A DNA stretch of 64,000 bases from Paramicrobacterium sp. CJ85. GTDB taxonomy: Bacteria > Actinomycetota > Actinomycetes > Actinomycetales > Microbacteriaceae. The stretch covers positions 3,052,608 through 3,116,607 of the forward strand of contig NZ_CP195847.1 of assembly GCF_051513965.1 (NCBI RefSeq), written 5' to 3'. Of the stretch, positions 62,435 through 64,000 are shown in pieces (the first letter of the stretch is position 1; every line of letters starts with the position of its first letter). A program made the translations under genes and the position numbers. A model generated the notes under the pieces. That model made no database searches, was not told the DNA's origin, and worked only from the letters and a program-made list of their open reading frames with translations.

Positions 62435-64000
62435 TTACGCCGAGCCGCTTCGGATTGCTGAACGGGCGAAAAACGCCATGAAGCGCGCGGTCGCCTTGAG
62501 TCTGCGGGCGCGAGTGAATCCGATGCCTCGGATGCTGGAGGTCATGCGTGTGAGGTCTCCCGTGCCGATTCTCATATTTGTCGTGATGGCGGGCACGGTG
62601 TCGTTGTCGGGGACGACGATCGCTGTGAGATTCGTGAGGTCGCGAAGCAGTCGCCAGGGTGTTCGTTTCGTGATGGTCTTCGTGCCGGTGAGAGTCCACG
62701 GTGATCCGGTGTCGTCGTGGAAGGTGAGTTTGTAGCGCATCGCTTCGCCGCCGTGATCGGGAAACAGCGCGAGCGTTCCCGACGCGAATGCTGCTTCCAC
62801 GACGTCGTCCACGTCGATCGATCCCTGAACCGTCAGTATGTGCTCGGGATCGGTGAGGAAGGCGTCGATGCTGGGAGTCGAAATCGCCAGGCGCATGGTG
62901 ATGCGTGTGTCACTATTGCTCGTGGTAGTCATGCGTTCGCGGAAGCTGATGCCGCCTCCGCTGGTGGTGTTCTTGAGTTCAGCGGAGAATGAGGCTGCTG
63001 CGTCCTCTGGTACCGGTGTGGGAGTCATGGTGGTCCATTCGGGTGCTTGCCAGTGCTGTTTGCCGTCACCGCGGATGATCGTTTCGATGGACCGTTCGGC
63101 GGCGGCGAGGATGGTGGCGGAGGGGTTGACCCCGGTGGAGGAAGGAAGCGTGGACCCGTCCATGACGAACAGGCCGGGATGTCCGTGGACTTCTCCGAGA
63201 TCGTTGACGACGCCGGAGGTGGCGTCTTTGCCTGCGGGTACGCCTCCGAGGGGGTGGACGGTGGTGGTCTTTCGGAGGACTGACCACGTGAAGGGGTGCG
63301 CCAGGCGTGCATCGAGGAGTCGGGCGAGGAGTGGTCCGATGCGCCGTTGGGATTTGTAGAGGTTGGCTTGCCAACGGTTCCGCCATGCCAGGGAGGCGCG
63401 TCCTGAGTTATCAAGTTTGAGGGTGCCCTGTCCGGAGTCGTGGCCCATGGCTAGGACCGTGAACACTCGGTGGGGGTCGTGCGTGGCGAATCGCTTCCGC
63501 CACCAGTGTCGTGCGCGCTGCCCGGGAACGATCGCGTCGAAGAGCTGATGCAGCACGACGGGGAACGCACCGTCTTGCACCTGGTACCAGACCGAGCCAC
63601 GCCCTTCGGGGACGTCGAGCACCGTGTTGGTGGTGATGGTGGGGCCAGTGGTCATGTCGCCCTGGGCCTTGCGTAGTCGGGCGAGGGTGAGGAAGTCGCC
63701 GTTGCCTGAGAAGCCGTGGCCGAGCAGTGAGGAAAGGTGCGGCAGGGTGTTGTCTACGTCGCGTGATCGCAGGAGCAGTTCAGTGCTGGCAACTGCCCCC
63801 GCGGCGAGGAAGACGCGGGGTGCTCTCCAGGTTTTTGGTGGGGCCGTCGGGTCGCTTGGGGATCGTGTGGTGACGAGGTAGCCGTCGTCTCCGGAGGTGA
63901 TCCGGATGGCTTCGGCGTCGGTGACGCTGCGGGCTCCGTGTGCTTCGGCGGCGGCGAGATAGGTGACATCGAGGGAGTTCTTGGCTCCTTGATTGCAGCC
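62435..64000 (-). CDS. GMC-family FAD oxidoreductase (cholesterol oxidase/choline dehydrogenase-like) with about 200-aa C-terminal extension; 5-prime end beyond the window
   Basis: Manual translation shows the reading frame is continuous from 64000 down to the stop at 62435 (...GCNQGAKNSLDVTYLAAAEAHGA...HPLGGVPAGKDATSGVVNDLGEVHGHPGLFVMDGSTLPSSTGVNPSATILAAAER...). Confidence 0.75.
   Translation of the reverse strand, partial: GCNQGAKNSLDVTYLAAAEAHGARSVTDAEAIRITSGDDGYLVTTRSPSDPTAPPKTWRAPRVFLAAGAVASTELLLRSRDVDNTLPHLSSLLGHGFSGNGDFLTLARLRKAQGDMTTGPTITTNTVLDVPEGRGSVWYQVQDGAFPVVLHQLFDAIVPGQRARHWWRKRFATHDPHRVFTVLAMGHDSGQGTLKLDNSGRASLAWRNRWQANLYKSQRRIGPLLARLLDARLAHPFTWSVLRKTTTVHPLGGVPAGKDATSGVVNDLGEVHGHPGLFVMDGSTLPSSTGVNPSATILAAAERSIETIIRGDGKQHWQAPEWTTMTPTPVPEDAAASFSAELKNTTSGGGISFRERMTTTSNSDTRITMRLAISTPSIDAFLTDPEHILTVQGSIDVDDVVEAAFASGTLALFPDHGGEAMRYKLTFHDDTGSPWTLTGTKTITKRTPWRLLRDLTNLTAIVVPDNDTVPAITTNMRIGTGDLTRMTSSIRGIGFTRARRLKATARFMAFFARSAIRSGSA

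Overview
High-GC (about 68-70%) actinobacterial chromosome segment, probably Microbacteriaceae-like, centred on the replication origin and read from the sequence alone (no database searches).

Gene order across the window:
- partial SAM methyltransferase, RecQ, DksA/TraR
- DUF6049, MurJ, TrxB, TrxA, a PLP aminotransferase, Ddl
- ParB, ParA, a 1.6-kb gene-poor gap, RsmG, Jag, YidC, YidD, RnpA, RpmH
- DnaA, DnaN, Gnd, RecF, DciA/DUF721, GyrB, GyrA, DUF3566, tRNA-Ile, tRNA-Ala
- an accessory-like stretch: flotillin, ArsR, an orphan ABC ATPase, GntR, a Leu-attenuated short LeuA, MarR, an XRE-TetR regulator with a Dpp-type ABC importer, NUDIX
- PpiA, rhomboid, an Erm-like rRNA methyltransferase, a siderophore-interacting protein with a flavin reductase, CrgA, sortase E, PabA
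- the PknB-PknA-PbpA-RodA-PstP-FhaB-FhaA operon and tRNA-Leu
- a recombinase-like gene fragment and a GMC oxidoreductase at the window edge

Non-coding signals found:
- four parS sites (two perfect TGTTTCACGTGAAACA)
- a bipartite oriC with TTATCCACA-type DnaA boxes and an AT-rich unwinding element
- a dense DnaA-box cluster about 27 kb away from oriC, next to the erm-like gene
- a leucine leader peptide (MFAQVLLLPRRAEA) with alternative stems upstream of leuA
- several operator-like palindromes and intrinsic terminators

No CRISPR array, rRNA or intact mobile element was seen. Many long antisense ORFs in the track are GC-driven artefacts.
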